In this document: positions 10,447 through 19,413 of the stretch, piece by piece
Numbering within the stretch: the first letter of the stretch is position 1
Layout: the number at the start of each line of letters is the position of its first letter
From: an uncultured Candidatus Binatia bacterium
GTDB lineage: Bacteria; Desulfobacterota; Binatia; UBA9968; JAJDTQ01
Assembly (NCBI GenBank): GCA_964291295.2
Contig: OZ219754.1
Coordinates: forward strand, 1,632,001-1,696,000
Reading direction: 5' to 3'
DNA: 64,000 nt
Notes under the pieces: model-generated
What the model saw: the letters and a program-made list of their open reading frames with translations, nothing else
Database searches by the model: none
Told to the model about the DNA's origin: nothing
Translations under genes and position numbers: made by a program

Positions 10447-10860
10447 ATGGCAGACCTGTCGCACAAGGTGATCCACGAGGCAGCCGGCGAGCTGCTGGCG
10501 GAGTTGGCGAACGAAGCCGGGCGTCCGGTGTCGTGGGCCGTGCTTGACGCCCACCGGGGACTCTTGCACTACACGCGCATGGACGGCGCACCCTACCGCT
10601 CCAGCATTCTCTCCCACAACAAGGCGTACTCCGCGGTGTGGTTCGGCCGGGACTCGGTGGAGATCGAGAAGATGGTGGGTAACCGCGGCATCGCCGCCTA
10701 CGGCGACCCGAACCTGACCTCCATCGGCGGCGGCGTCCTGGTCAAGGACAGGTCAGGTGCCGTGGTGGGCGCCATCGGCGTGAGCGGACGCACCATGGAG
10801 GATGACATCGCGGTGGCGGTGCGGCTGGTGGACAAGATCAGGGCCAAGGCGGGTTTCTGA
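10447..10860 (+). CDS. GlcG/HbpS family heme-binding protein
   Basis: RMDGA..NKAYSA..GGGVLV..GAIGVSG motifs; GGGAGG RBS. Confidence 0.85.
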   Translation: MADLSHKVIHEAAGELLAELANEAGRPVSWAVLDAHRGLLHYTRMDGAPYRSSILSHNKAYSAVWFGRDSVEIEKMVGNRGIAAYGDPNLTSIGGGVLVKDRSGAVVGAIGVSGRTMEDDIAVAVRLVDKIRAKAGF

Positions 10861-10864
10861 GGGG
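10850..10864 (+). repeat. 15-bp direct repeat copy 1 (CGGGTTTCTGAGGGG), possible left att/target duplication
   Basis: Identical to 18970-18984; spans the stop codon of the GlcG-like gene. Confidence 0.6.
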
Positions 10865-10915
10865 AGGCTGGTGCCGTTCAGGAGGAGATGCCTCAATGCC
10901 TCTGGAGCGCAACGA

Positions 10916-13003
10916 CTAACCCAAGCCGAACAGTTCCAGAAGTTCCTTGCGGTTCAGGCGTGTCGAGAGGTCCATTGACACATCATCGACCAGTTGATCG
11001 AACAACGCCTGTTTTCGCCGCAGAATCTGATCGATGCGCTCCTCGATCGTATCCTCGCAGGTGTACTTGATTACATTCACCTTGACCGTTTGGCCCAAGC
11101 GGTGACTCCGGTCCTCGGCCTGCTGTTCCACGGCCGGGTTCCACCACCGGTCCAGATGGAACACATAGGACGCCTCCTGTAAATTCAGACCAAGCCCGCC
11201 CGCCCGCAAAGAAATGATCAGTGCTCTGTGAGTATTTCCGGTCTTGAAGCGGTCGATGAGTTCCGAGCGCCGCTCCGGCGGGGTATCGCCGGTCAGGACA
11301 AGTGGGTTGAAGGCCTTGAGATGATTGGCGGCAGCCCCTACGCCCGCAGTGTCGCTCTTGTACTGGGAAAAGACCAGCGCCTTGTGTCCCTGCTCCACCA
11401 ACGCCTGCAATCTGTCGCTGATATCGTCCAGTTTGCTGGAGGCTCCCGTTCTGGGATCGGCATTGCAGATTTGTTTCAGACGGGTGATCAGTTCCAACAC
11501 ATGCTGGATTCCGACTTCGGTTCCAAGAGACTTCAGATAGACGATCCCCTCGTGTTCTGCCTTGTCGTAGCTTTCCCGCTGCTCGCGGTGCAGGGAGACC
11601 GTCAATCTGCTCTCCAATTTGGGCGGAAGATCCTGAAGAACGTCACCTTTTTTGCGCCGAAGCTGCAATTCACGGTGCCGCTGGCGCAACGCCGGGCCTG
11701 GACTATAGTGTTTGCGCGGGGTTCCCTTTTCGTGATCGACGAACTCCATGATGGAAGCCAATTCGTCCTCATCGTTCTCGATGGGTGTGCCGGTCAATGC
11801 CCAGGAGCGCCGCCTCGGGAGGTTCTTGACAACCGCGCTCGTGTCGTTTCGGTTCTTGATTCTCTGAGCCTCATCAAGCACGACCACTCCCCAAGCATTC
11901 CTGGTGGCCTGGAGTCTCGCCAGATATACTGTATCCTGACGCAGGACATCGTAGCTGACCAACGTGATGTCTTTCCCGGCCCTCCAGTGCCAGCTTCGGT
12001 CATTCCATCCCCCGCGGACGATGATCGCACTGAGTTCAGGCGCCCACCGCGCGAGTTCGCTCCGCCATTGATCGAGCACACTGGCCGGGGCCACTACAAG
12101 CCCGGACTCGATCTCTCCCCGCGCCCTCAGTATCCGTAGAGCGGCGACGGCCTGCACCGTCTTGCCCAGGCCCATGTCGTCTGACAGCAGCAAGCGGTCC
12201 ATTGAGATCAGGGCTTGGATGCCTTCGCGCTGGAACGGCATGAGCTCGGCGGGCCACTCCAGGTGCGCGTCCGGTCGGGTGGAGGCGCTAGGGGTTCGGG
12301 GGGGCGCAAGCACTGCCCACAGCCGTTCGACCAAGTCGAATTCCGCTCGGCCCTGCGCCCCGGCCTTGGACGTAGTAACAGAGGATACGGCGTCTTCACT
12401 CATCTGCGTGCCAGTTCGGGGAGGCAATGAAATCACCGTTCTCAGCCCCTCCATCTCCATCAACGATCGGACCCGCGGGTCGGCAAATGCAATGGTCAGA
12501 GCCTTGGCAGTCCGCACCATCGGCTCAAGCGGATCCTGCCATTGCATGATCCGGCCGAGCGCCTTGTTCGCGGTCGATTGCGGTCCGGGATCCCCGTTCG
12601 CCCAGAGCACCTGACGAACAGCACCGATCGATGGCCCCGGTCCCGAATCACCCTCGCACTCCTCGGATGTCCAAACAACACGACCAAAGGGTACCTTGGG
12701 ACTCAGTGCATGGAAGTGCCGAGAAGGTACCTCTTCCGCAAGACCGAGCAGTAGTGTGGGTGCTGCCACGCACGACTGAACCAAAAAGCCTGCGAGAAAC
12801 GGTGTCACGGATTCGTCAGCAGATCCCCGCAGCGTTCCCCGGACGAAGCTGAAACCCAAAGGCTCCCCCCGTGCCGACGTCTCCAACAGTCCGGCGTGAA
12901 TGCCCCGGCCGTCCTGTACCCGGACAAACCGCAGCCACCCGATCACTCCGCCTCCGGTCATGCCGTAAAAGGGAAGGGGTACGCGAGAGTGCCGTTCATC
13001 CAT
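10916..13003 (-). CDS. SNF2-family (SF2) helicase/ATPase with uncharacterised N-terminal domain
   Basis: DDMGLGKT, DEAQ, LTGTP, GGLGLNL, WWNPAVEQQAEDRSHRLGQ; ~250-aa N-terminal region not recognised. Confidence 0.9.
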   Translation of the reverse strand: MDERHSRVPLPFYGMTGGGVIGWLRFVRVQDGRGIHAGLLETSARGEPLGFSFVRGTLRGSADESVTPFLAGFLVQSCVAAPTLLLGLAEEVPSRHFHALSPKVPFGRVVWTSEECEGDSGPGPSIGAVRQVLWANGDPGPQSTANKALGRIMQWQDPLEPMVRTAKALTIAFADPRVRSLMEMEGLRTVISLPPRTGTQMSEDAVSSVTTSKAGAQGRAEFDLVERLWAVLAPPRTPSASTRPDAHLEWPAELMPFQREGIQALISMDRLLLSDDMGLGKTVQAVAALRILRARGEIESGLVVAPASVLDQWRSELARWAPELSAIIVRGGWNDRSWHWRAGKDITLVSYDVLRQDTVYLARLQATRNAWGVVVLDEAQRIKNRNDTSAVVKNLPRRRSWALTGTPIENDEDELASIMEFVDHEKGTPRKHYSPGPALRQRHRELQLRRKKGDVLQDLPPKLESRLTVSLHREQRESYDKAEHEGIVYLKSLGTEVGIQHVLELITRLKQICNADPRTGASSKLDDISDRLQALVEQGHKALVFSQYKSDTAGVGAAANHLKAFNPLVLTGDTPPERRSELIDRFKTGNTHRALIISLRAGGLGLNLQEASYVFHLDRWWNPAVEQQAEDRSHRLGQTVKVNVIKYTCEDTIEERIDQILRRKQALFDQLVDDVSMDLSTRLNRKELLELFGLG

Positions 13004-13015
13004 ATGGCGAAGGTC

Positions 13016-14299
13016 TTACCCGGATTCGTCCCTGGTCTCGTGTTCCAGGTCAACGTTCTCGTCATACGGTGTTGTAAACTCCACACCCTCGGTGTGAGGC
13101 CGGTAGTTCGGATATAGCCGGCGCAGATCCCATTCGTTGATCGCAGCCCGGACCTTGTAACGCATTCGTCCCTGAAAACCCGCTCCCCCCGCCGAGGCTT
13201 CATAGGCCGGAGGCTCCCACCCGTAAGCTTTGTTGTACAAGCCGCGCAAGGTTTCGACAGTTGCCTTTACGTCTTGATCGTTGGGTGACCTCAAGCTCAA
13301 TGAGTTGTTCACCAGGAGATGCATGCCGCTCTCTGCGCGAGCCCCGAGATCGCTGTGTCTCGCGCTCTGTTCCAGTTTCGGTCGAACGTAATCGCCGTCC
13401 TTCTTTTGTCCGTCAGGGCTGATGATAGCAGCCGCAAAATCCTCGGTAACTGCGCCGACTACGATCAGGCCGGGATAACTCTCTTCCTGCGCCAATCCCA
13501 TCCACCTTGCCAACTCCGCGTACGACCGTCCGCGTTGCAATATCGAATATGATCCGATCAACTCGATCTCGTCCAAAAGTACAACCCAGCCGCGATACCC
13601 GGCGCTCTTGATCAACTCAACGGCGAACCGCAATCGCTGCGGCGGCAGGTCGGCTGCTTTCGGCGCGCGGAACTTGTAATTTTTGGACTCATCGATCTGT
13701 TTGAGTCCATTGCGAATCCTGGAGATCGGTATGGGGTCACCCGCCCAGAAGGATTCGATTTCGCTCATCAACTCCATGTCTCTCGAAAGTTCGTGGACGA
13801 TACGGCTTGCAGGAAACATCATGCTCAGGCGGCCATCTGAGGCGGCGGTGTCAGCCCACCGAGCAAAGGTCATATACTCCTTCGAACTCGGCTCCATGGA
13901 AAGCGCAAGCTCTTCAATGAAGCGTCCGCGTCGGTCAGGTATCCGACCGTTCTCCATGGTCGAGACAAACACTTTCCCCAGATCGTAGAGCGGAGTTTCC
14001 TTGCTGATGGCAACCCTGCTGCAAACGAAGTTCTTGGAAAGGGCGAGATGTTCAAGGTGCGCCAGAAGATGCGACTTGCCCGAGCCAAAATCCCCGGAAA
14101 CAAGCATTCCATGAGAGTGTGTCAACGGCCCATCGGTTCTTGCCGCATCATCCAGCATCTGGACAAATCGTTCTTCAGCCTGCGGTTGATTGCAACCCAG
14201 TTCCCGTACTGCTTGCCGGTTCGGCACACCGTTGCGCAAGGCCTCCACGGCCATCCGGGCTTCCAGTCTTCCGTTCGTGTGAAACGCCATACGATCCAT
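13016..14299 (-). CDS. BrxD/DUF2791-like P-loop ATPase
   Basis: VEALRNGVP N-terminal motif, Walker A GDFGSGKS, Walker B GYRGWVVLLDEIE. Confidence 0.8.
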   Translation of the reverse strand: MDRMAFHTNGRLEARMAVEALRNGVPNRQAVRELGCNQPQAEERFVQMLDDAARTDGPLTHSHGMLVSGDFGSGKSHLLAHLEHLALSKNFVCSRVAISKETPLYDLGKVFVSTMENGRIPDRRGRFIEELALSMEPSSKEYMTFARWADTAASDGRLSMMFPASRIVHELSRDMELMSEIESFWAGDPIPISRIRNGLKQIDESKNYKFRAPKAADLPPQRLRFAVELIKSAGYRGWVVLLDEIELIGSYSILQRGRSYAELARWMGLAQEESYPGLIVVGAVTEDFAAAIISPDGQKKDGDYVRPKLEQSARHSDLGARAESGMHLLVNNSLSLRSPNDQDVKATVETLRGLYNKAYGWEPPAYEASAGGAGFQGRMRYKVRAAINEWDLRRLYPNYRPHTEGVEFTTPYDENVDLEHETRDESG

Positions 14300-14302
14300 C
14301 CT

Positions 14303-15262
14303 CTACAAAAGCCGCACCAGAGCCGCCACCGGATTGGCGACATTCCGATCTCGAACGTCGTCCATCACCCTGGTGCGGAGAGCGGGGTAGATGGCCCAGC
14401 TTCTCCCGGACTGCTCGTCGATGAACGTGGCGTCGGTCAACGTCACCATCAAACACCCTGATAACCGATCCACGTCGTCAATGAATTCTCGCAGCAACTC
14501 GTAGTGATCCATGGTCATGGCCCGCGTGTAATAGCGCTTTCCGTCCATGGGATTACGAGACAGGGTCACGCGGGTATTATCCAAAAGAAGCACCGTACCG
14601 GAATATCCCGCCTGTCGTACCCAATACAAAGCCGATTCGATGAAATATCGTGCAGTCGTACGATTGATGGGTGTATGAATTTGGAACGGCTTGACATTGC
14701 CAATCCGCGTGTTGGTGCCCGATAGCCAGTCAAGCAGCGGCTGGTCAGCATATCTCTCCGGCCCCGCACTCTCCCTTTCGGAAAGGCAGAGATGCGTCAT
14801 AGCCACCCGGAAGGGCTTGGCCATGTTCGCGTTCTTGATGACCTTTTTCTCCAAGGCTGGTCGCAATTCGATGAGTACGGTCTGAGGTTCGATGTCGTTG
14901 GCTTGAGCCACGGCATTGATTATGTTGGCTGCCCCGTCCGGCTCAATGCCATCGACCGGAAAGGCCGTCTCCGAGAGCAGCCGCAAGACCACCCGACGCG
15001 CAAGCAATCGCCAGTCAATCTGCGAAGCCAGTCCGAAAAAGACATCCTGAGGCATGTGCACACGACTGGCGGTGGCATCCAGCGCAACGAACAGGTACGC
15101 TTGTCCTTCGCAAAGGTTCTTCATACCCTCGACAAGAGCAGGCCGTCGGTCCTCTGCGGTAATCGCAAACTTCACCGCAGCACCGCCGTCCTTGATGAAC
15201 GTGGACAAGTACTCGCGATCCATATGGTCGAGCCAGTCGGCTACCGGGATAGCATTGGTCAT
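14303..15262 (-). CDS. BrxD/DUF2791-like paralogue with degenerate Walker motifs
   Basis: GGAAVKF strand with no following GxxGxGKT; GYSGTVLLLDN in place of LLDE; YELLREFID and YPALRTRV resemble the DUF2791 C-terminus. Confidence 0.65.
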   Translation of the reverse strand: MTNAIPVADWLDHMDREYLSTFIKDGGAAVKFAITAEDRRPALVEGMKNLCEGQAYLFVALDATASRVHMPQDVFFGLASQIDWRLLARRVVLRLLSETAFPVDGIEPDGAANIINAVAQANDIEPQTVLIELRPALEKKVIKNANMAKPFRVAMTHLCLSERESAGPERYADQPLLDWLSGTNTRIGNVKPFQIHTPINRTTARYFIESALYWVRQAGYSGTVLLLDNTRVTLSRNPMDGKRYYTRAMTMDHYELLREFIDDVDRLSGCLMVTLTDATFIDEQSGRSWAIYPALRTRVMDDVRDRNVANPVAALVRLL

Positions 15263-16086
15263 TCGCCACCCTTGCTGAATCGAACACCGTAATATTCGGC
15301 GTTATCGCCGTTTGGCCCAATGAAGGAAAAAAGATCGCTCGAACGTTTCCGGGCACCCGTAGAACTCGGGAACGAAACGGCTGCGCCATCCTTGGTGCGG
15401 CGAGGTCCGTGCGACTCGAGAATGTAGAGGTCGCGGGCAAAGTCGCTTCGACCATAGTCGCGAGCGCTCCCAGGAAGGGCCGTCATCAGCTTGTATATCC
15501 TGGCCAGAGGCATAACACGACCGCTGTCCGGCAAGAGGCCTGAGGAGGATTTCTGGTTTGAGGATGATTTCTTTGCAATCTCTGCAAGGTCGGTATAAAC
15601 AGTATACAACGATTCCAGAAATCGTTGCGATGAAAAGCCGCTGGACTTCTTCTGATTCGTCAGGAGGAGCCCGGCGAGGTAGGACGGCCTTACGGTGGAC
15701 ACCTTCTTTCTGTCCACCATGACCACACGTTCAGCCGGGAGTATCCGTACGATTGACGGGTATGAGATCAAGCTCCCTTCCCGTTCATGAATCTTCAGCC
15801 CCTTTGTGCTCGCGGCAGCCTTGAGTTCTTCGGAGTACTGAGGACCGAACAACTCCTGTTCTCCCTCGCCTGAGAACGGCCAGCAGGAACCGATATTGGA
15901 AACCTCTTGCTGAAGCGTAGCGAGAACTTCGTTCAGTCTCCGCAGGCAGCGTCTTCTGCCGGCAATATCACCGGTTCGGGCAGCTTTCGCCAAAGCGCGG
16001 ATCTGAGAAGAAACGCTGCCGGCGGACTTTAGTGCGTTTTCGGCAGCTCTTTCGGTATCACTACAGGCTTGTTCGAAGCTGACCAC
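15259..16086 (-). CDS. Hypothetical protein, first gene of the BrxD-like/SNF2 operon
   Basis: GGGAGG RBS upstream of GTG 16086; stop overlaps next start (ATGA); helical N-terminus; no family recognised. Confidence 0.75.
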   Translation of the reverse strand: MVSFEQACSDTERAAENALKSAGSVSSQIRALAKAARTGDIAGRRRCLRRLNEVLATLQQEVSNIGSCWPFSGEGEQELFGPQYSEELKAAASTKGLKIHEREGSLISYPSIVRILPAERVVMVDRKKVSTVRPSYLAGLLLTNQKKSSGFSSQRFLESLYTVYTDLAEIAKKSSSNQKSSSGLLPDSGRVMPLARIYKLMTALPGSARDYGRSDFARDLYILESHGPRRTKDGAAVSFPSSTGARKRSSDLFSFIGPNGDNAEYYGVRFSKGGE

Positions 16087-16268
16087 TATCCACACCTCCC
16101 ATGTGGGTCCAGATAACCAACACCATTGATACGAGTTTCTGTTTGGCAACGCAAGAGCCGGATTCCCTGACGAGCATCGGCCGTGCCACCGTCAGTTCGA
16201 TCACGGCGGCCGACGAGCATCCCGTCCATCCGGTGCTGTCGTAGCCTGCCGAGCCTCTTCAAACAGCG

Positions 16269-16440
16269 TCATCCCGTCCATCCTGCCGACAGCGCGTCCG
16301 CCGGTTCGAACATGGAGTGCGTCGTCTTTCCCGCCTGTCCAGTGGGTAGCCAACTGCGCAAGATGCGTTTCACCAGTTGGCGCAGGTTGGCACGGACGGT
16401 CTCGCTCCGTGTCCAGTCGTCGTTGCGGTCCTCGACTGTT
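16269..16440 (-). pseudogene. Relic of type I restriction subunit HsdR C-terminus (DUF3387-like)
   Basis: DWTRSETVRANLRQLVKRILR, then GYPLDRRE in a shifted frame, then ADALSAGW; matches the recalled DWT..ENVRA.LR..VKRILRK.GYPPDKQE..LS..W tail. Confidence 0.7.
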
Positions 16441-16627
16441 GTCCGGCACAGGCCCGGGTTGAGCCGGGCCTGCGCCGGCGTAGACGCTGCCCCAGCAACA
16501 CCACGCCATGGTCTGCACGCTCGGCCATCGGTCCATCGGGGATGATGTCCAGGCCGTGCGCGCGGCCCGGCCGAGGCTCGAAAGCCATTCGAGGGTGCCC
16601 CCTCGACCGTAGATTCTGTGACACGGT

Positions 16628-17392
16628 TCATGCAGCCAACTCATCCCGCGCTTCGTCACGGGTCGACCATGGAACCGGGTTCACCGCATAACTCCGCAGG
16701 GCATCCAGGACGTTCTCGGAAATCTTCTGTTCGGAGTCGTTCAGAATCGCGTAGGCGCGAGCCTCGGAGGAACGTTCTTCTCTGGTGTCAATCCAGGAAA
16801 ATACCATCGCCTGTGCGGCGTCGCGGTTTGGCCGGTTGATGGCACGCAGGACACGTTCAGGCCGAGCTTTCGATTTTGGTATGACAAAATCGAAACGATG
16901 ATCGTAGCCGCTCTTGCCGGTGAATTTGACGCTCGGCGTATAGCGGATATCGGAGAAATCAAACCACGCGGTGACATCCTCGTGAAACAGATGCATGATG
17001 GCAGGTGAGGCCAGATGGAAGAGATCGTTGACCGCCAGCATCGCCTGCACGAGATTGTGCTTCCGTAGAGGAAAATTGTCCGGTGATGCCTTGACTTCAA
17101 GCGCCTTTCCATTCGCCTGTACACCGAATCCGTTCAGCGTCGTCCTGAACATGGCTTGGCGCTTCGGGCTGTCAATCCTGCATCCTGATAATTCGAGATC
17201 TTCGAGAACATGCCCGTCATCCGTCAGCACGAAACCGTTGTCGGCGCGTCTGGCATAAATCTGGAGGTAATCGTTGTGCCGGTCCAGGTACGGTGTTGTG
17301 ATCTCGACGCAGTCTCTCACCTCGCGCAGGTTAGTCTTGTCCTTCAGCCAAGCCCAGTAAAGTTCCACCAGTTTCTGTATGTCCTGGATCAT
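16628..17392 (-). CDS. DUF1828/DUF1829 domain protein (C-terminal restriction-endonuclease-like fold)
   Basis: [46 protein letters not shown] motifs. Confidence 0.8.
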   Translation of the reverse strand: MIQDIQKLVELYWAWLKDKTNLREVRDCVEITTPYLDRHNDYLQIYARRADNGFVLTDDGHVLEDLELSGCRIDSPKRQAMFRTTLNGFGVQANGKALEVKASPDNFPLRKHNLVQAMLAVNDLFHLASPAIMHLFHEDVTAWFDFSDIRYTPSVKFTGKSGYDHRFDFVIPKSKARPERVLRAINRPNRDAAQAMVFSWIDTREERSSEARAYAILNDSEQKISENVLDALRSYAVNPVPWSTRDEARDELAA

Positions 17393-17838
17393 ATGAACAG
17401 CCCCGGCCTGATAATGGGCGGCTCGGTGATGCGGCAGAACCGCATGAAGTCTTCGAGCGTCAGCCACGGGTCGTCGAGATTCGGGAAACTGACGGCTGGA
17501 GCCGGAAAGGCCCACTTGTCGCCAAACCCTTCTCGGTAAAGATGCAGGTGAAGGGAACCGACTTCTTTGCCGTCCGGGTTGCGATGCGGTGCCCCACCGA
17601 AATCGAGCCGAGCCAGGGTCCCAGTCTCCCGACCGCGATTCGGGTAGGTTCCTTTCTGGAGGTCAATCCTCGCCCGCCGAAGGTCGAGAAAGAACCGCTC
17701 GCGCCCATTCACTGAGACCAAGGGTGCTGTAAGCCGCCCTCCCAGACCCGGATAGTCCCGCTCGGCAGAGCCCGCACGCCGTTTTTCCATTGCCAGAAGC
17801 GCGTCGGCCTCTGCTTGTGCAAGGCTTGCGTCAGTCAT
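17389..17838 (-). CDS. DUF6978-like protein
   Basis: [42 protein letters not shown]; ATGA-coupled to the DUF1828/29 gene. Confidence 0.7.
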   Translation of the reverse strand: MTDASLAQAEADALLAMEKRRAGSAERDYPGLGGRLTAPLVSVNGRERFFLDLRRARIDLQKGTYPNRGRETGTLARLDFGGAPHRNPDGKEVGSLHLHLYREGFGDKWAFPAPAVSFPNLDDPWLTLEDFMRFCRITEPPIIRPGLFI

Positions 17839-18045
17839 GGGAAAGCGCGTGGATGGATGAAAATGGCGGAGGCGAAGACCCTCACAGCTTTGGCAGCGGT
17901 GGTCCGCCCGGCTTTGGCCCCCGCCGTCGGGGCCGGGGCCGGTGGAAGGGTTCGGGGTTGGTCCGGTCCGCCTCGTGACGGCGATGCGGTGTGTACGATG
18001 GCGTGTGCGCGATGCGCCGGGTGACGAGGAAGATCCTCGCGGCAC

Positions 18046-18930
18046 TCAGGGATTTGAGGCTGTGGTGGTCGGGTTCTTCTTGGCTCCGAATGCACCGACG
18101 GCAAGGGGATGGGTAAACACGCCGCCTACCTCGGCGTGGTTCGGGCCGTAGAACTTGCCGGAAATGTGCGCGGTACCCCGGTCGGAGAAGGCTCCGTTGC
18201 GTACGGTAATGCCGGGGAAGGTGATCGAACCGGTAAACTCCTCGTTCGTATCCATGTAGACGATGTCGGTGAACTCGACATCGAGCTCTCCGGTGGCGAG
18301 TTCGAATTCGAGAGAGGCGCCGCCCCGCAACGGCCGGAAAGGCTGTCTCGCCCTGGTGCTGCCGAACATCAACCCGGTCCATTCGGCGTTGCCGTCAGGG
18401 TTCTGCCCGGTCTGGTCGCCGAAGGAGACGTTGTATGCCGTTTGCCAGGTGACGGACTGACCCTGGGTGGTGGCGACCAAGGACTCGAATGCGCTGTGTT
18501 TGAGCCATGCGCCATAAGCTGCGTAGTTCCAGGTGACGTCGCCCCGGCTCTGCCGGACGCTGTATCGTGCGAACTGGACTCCGGAGATTTCGGTGGCCTC
18601 GCCGTAGTCGATGTCCGGGTCGATGACATGCTTGGAGAGGTCCTGATGCAACGGTCTGGCCGCATCATCCTCCGCTCCCGCCGCCGCCTCGCATTTGAAA
18701 CCCGCGCAATCGTACTGGCTCACGGATGGCGTGTCGTCTCCTTTCACCGAGACCACGTCGCCAATGATCAGGGTGTCCGCCGTCACTATGATATTGCTCA
18801 GTTGCGCCGCCACTCCAAGGCCTTCGAGGACCGTGCCAACGCGATTGCCGCCGCCGCCATCCTTGCCGCATGCCGCCAGCAGAACCACGAAAGCAAGTGC
18901 GATGCGCCACATGTAAAACCTCCTTGTCAT
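18046..18930 (-). CDS. Surface lipoprotein with TbpB/fHbp-like C-terminal beta-barrel
   Basis: Lipobox LLAA-C followed by Gly-rich linker; C-terminal ISGKFYGPNHAEVGGVF..VGAFGAKK. Confidence 0.8.
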   Translation of the reverse strand: MTRRFYMWRIALAFVVLLAACGKDGGGGNRVGTVLEGLGVAAQLSNIIVTADTLIIGDVVSVKGDDTPSVSQYDCAGFKCEAAAGAEDDAARPLHQDLSKHVIDPDIDYGEATEISGVQFARYSVRQSRGDVTWNYAAYGAWLKHSAFESLVATTQGQSVTWQTAYNVSFGDQTGQNPDGNAEWTGLMFGSTRARQPFRPLRGGASLEFELATGELDVEFTDIVYMDTNEEFTGSITFPGITVRNGAFSDRGTAHISGKFYGPNHAEVGGVFTHPLAVGAFGAKKNPTTTASNP

Positions 18931-18969
18931 GGCTCCGGGTTACGGCTCCGGGTCATTACGGCCGGGAGT

Positions 18970-18984
18970 CGGGTTTCTGAGGGG
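18970..18984 (+). repeat. 15-bp direct repeat copy 2, possible right att/target duplication
   Basis: Identical to 10850-10864. Confidence 0.6.
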
Positions 18985-19343
18985 CCACCGAGGGGGGCCA
19001 CCGGGCCAGCAACCTTGATCGACTAACAGAGAAGCCCCGGGACCGCAAGCCGGCTCCTGGTCTGGTCGGAGGAAAGGTTCGTTGGAAAGGTCTTGAAGAA
19101 CCTTCAGGAAACCGGCAGACCGCTGGACGGAACCGGGGCGGAGGTGTGGAGCGATGCCGCGGGCCGAATGACAGCCTCCACTTCGAGCAGAAGGTGCGCG
19201 GTCCCGACGATGTTCACATGGACATGTCCACAAGGGCTGTGTCCACAAGGGCTGGGACGTCGAGCCTACGGAGCCCGCCCGCGCCGCAAGGAAGGACGGA
19301 GGACCGGACGGAGGGAAGTACGGAAGGGGTGAGTGAAATCAGG

Positions 19344-19378
19344 GAGGGGCCTGCCGCGGCTCCGGCGGCAGGCCCCTC
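19344..19378. terminator. Strong hairpin (putative terminator) downstream of the ABC substrate-binding gene
   Basis: Perfect 14-bp stem GAGGGGCCTGCCGC/GCGGCAGGCCCCTC with 7-nt loop; only a weak U-tract. Confidence 0.55.
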
Positions 19379-19413
19379 TTTGCTGGCGTGAATGCTGGCG
19401 TGAGTATGTCCCG

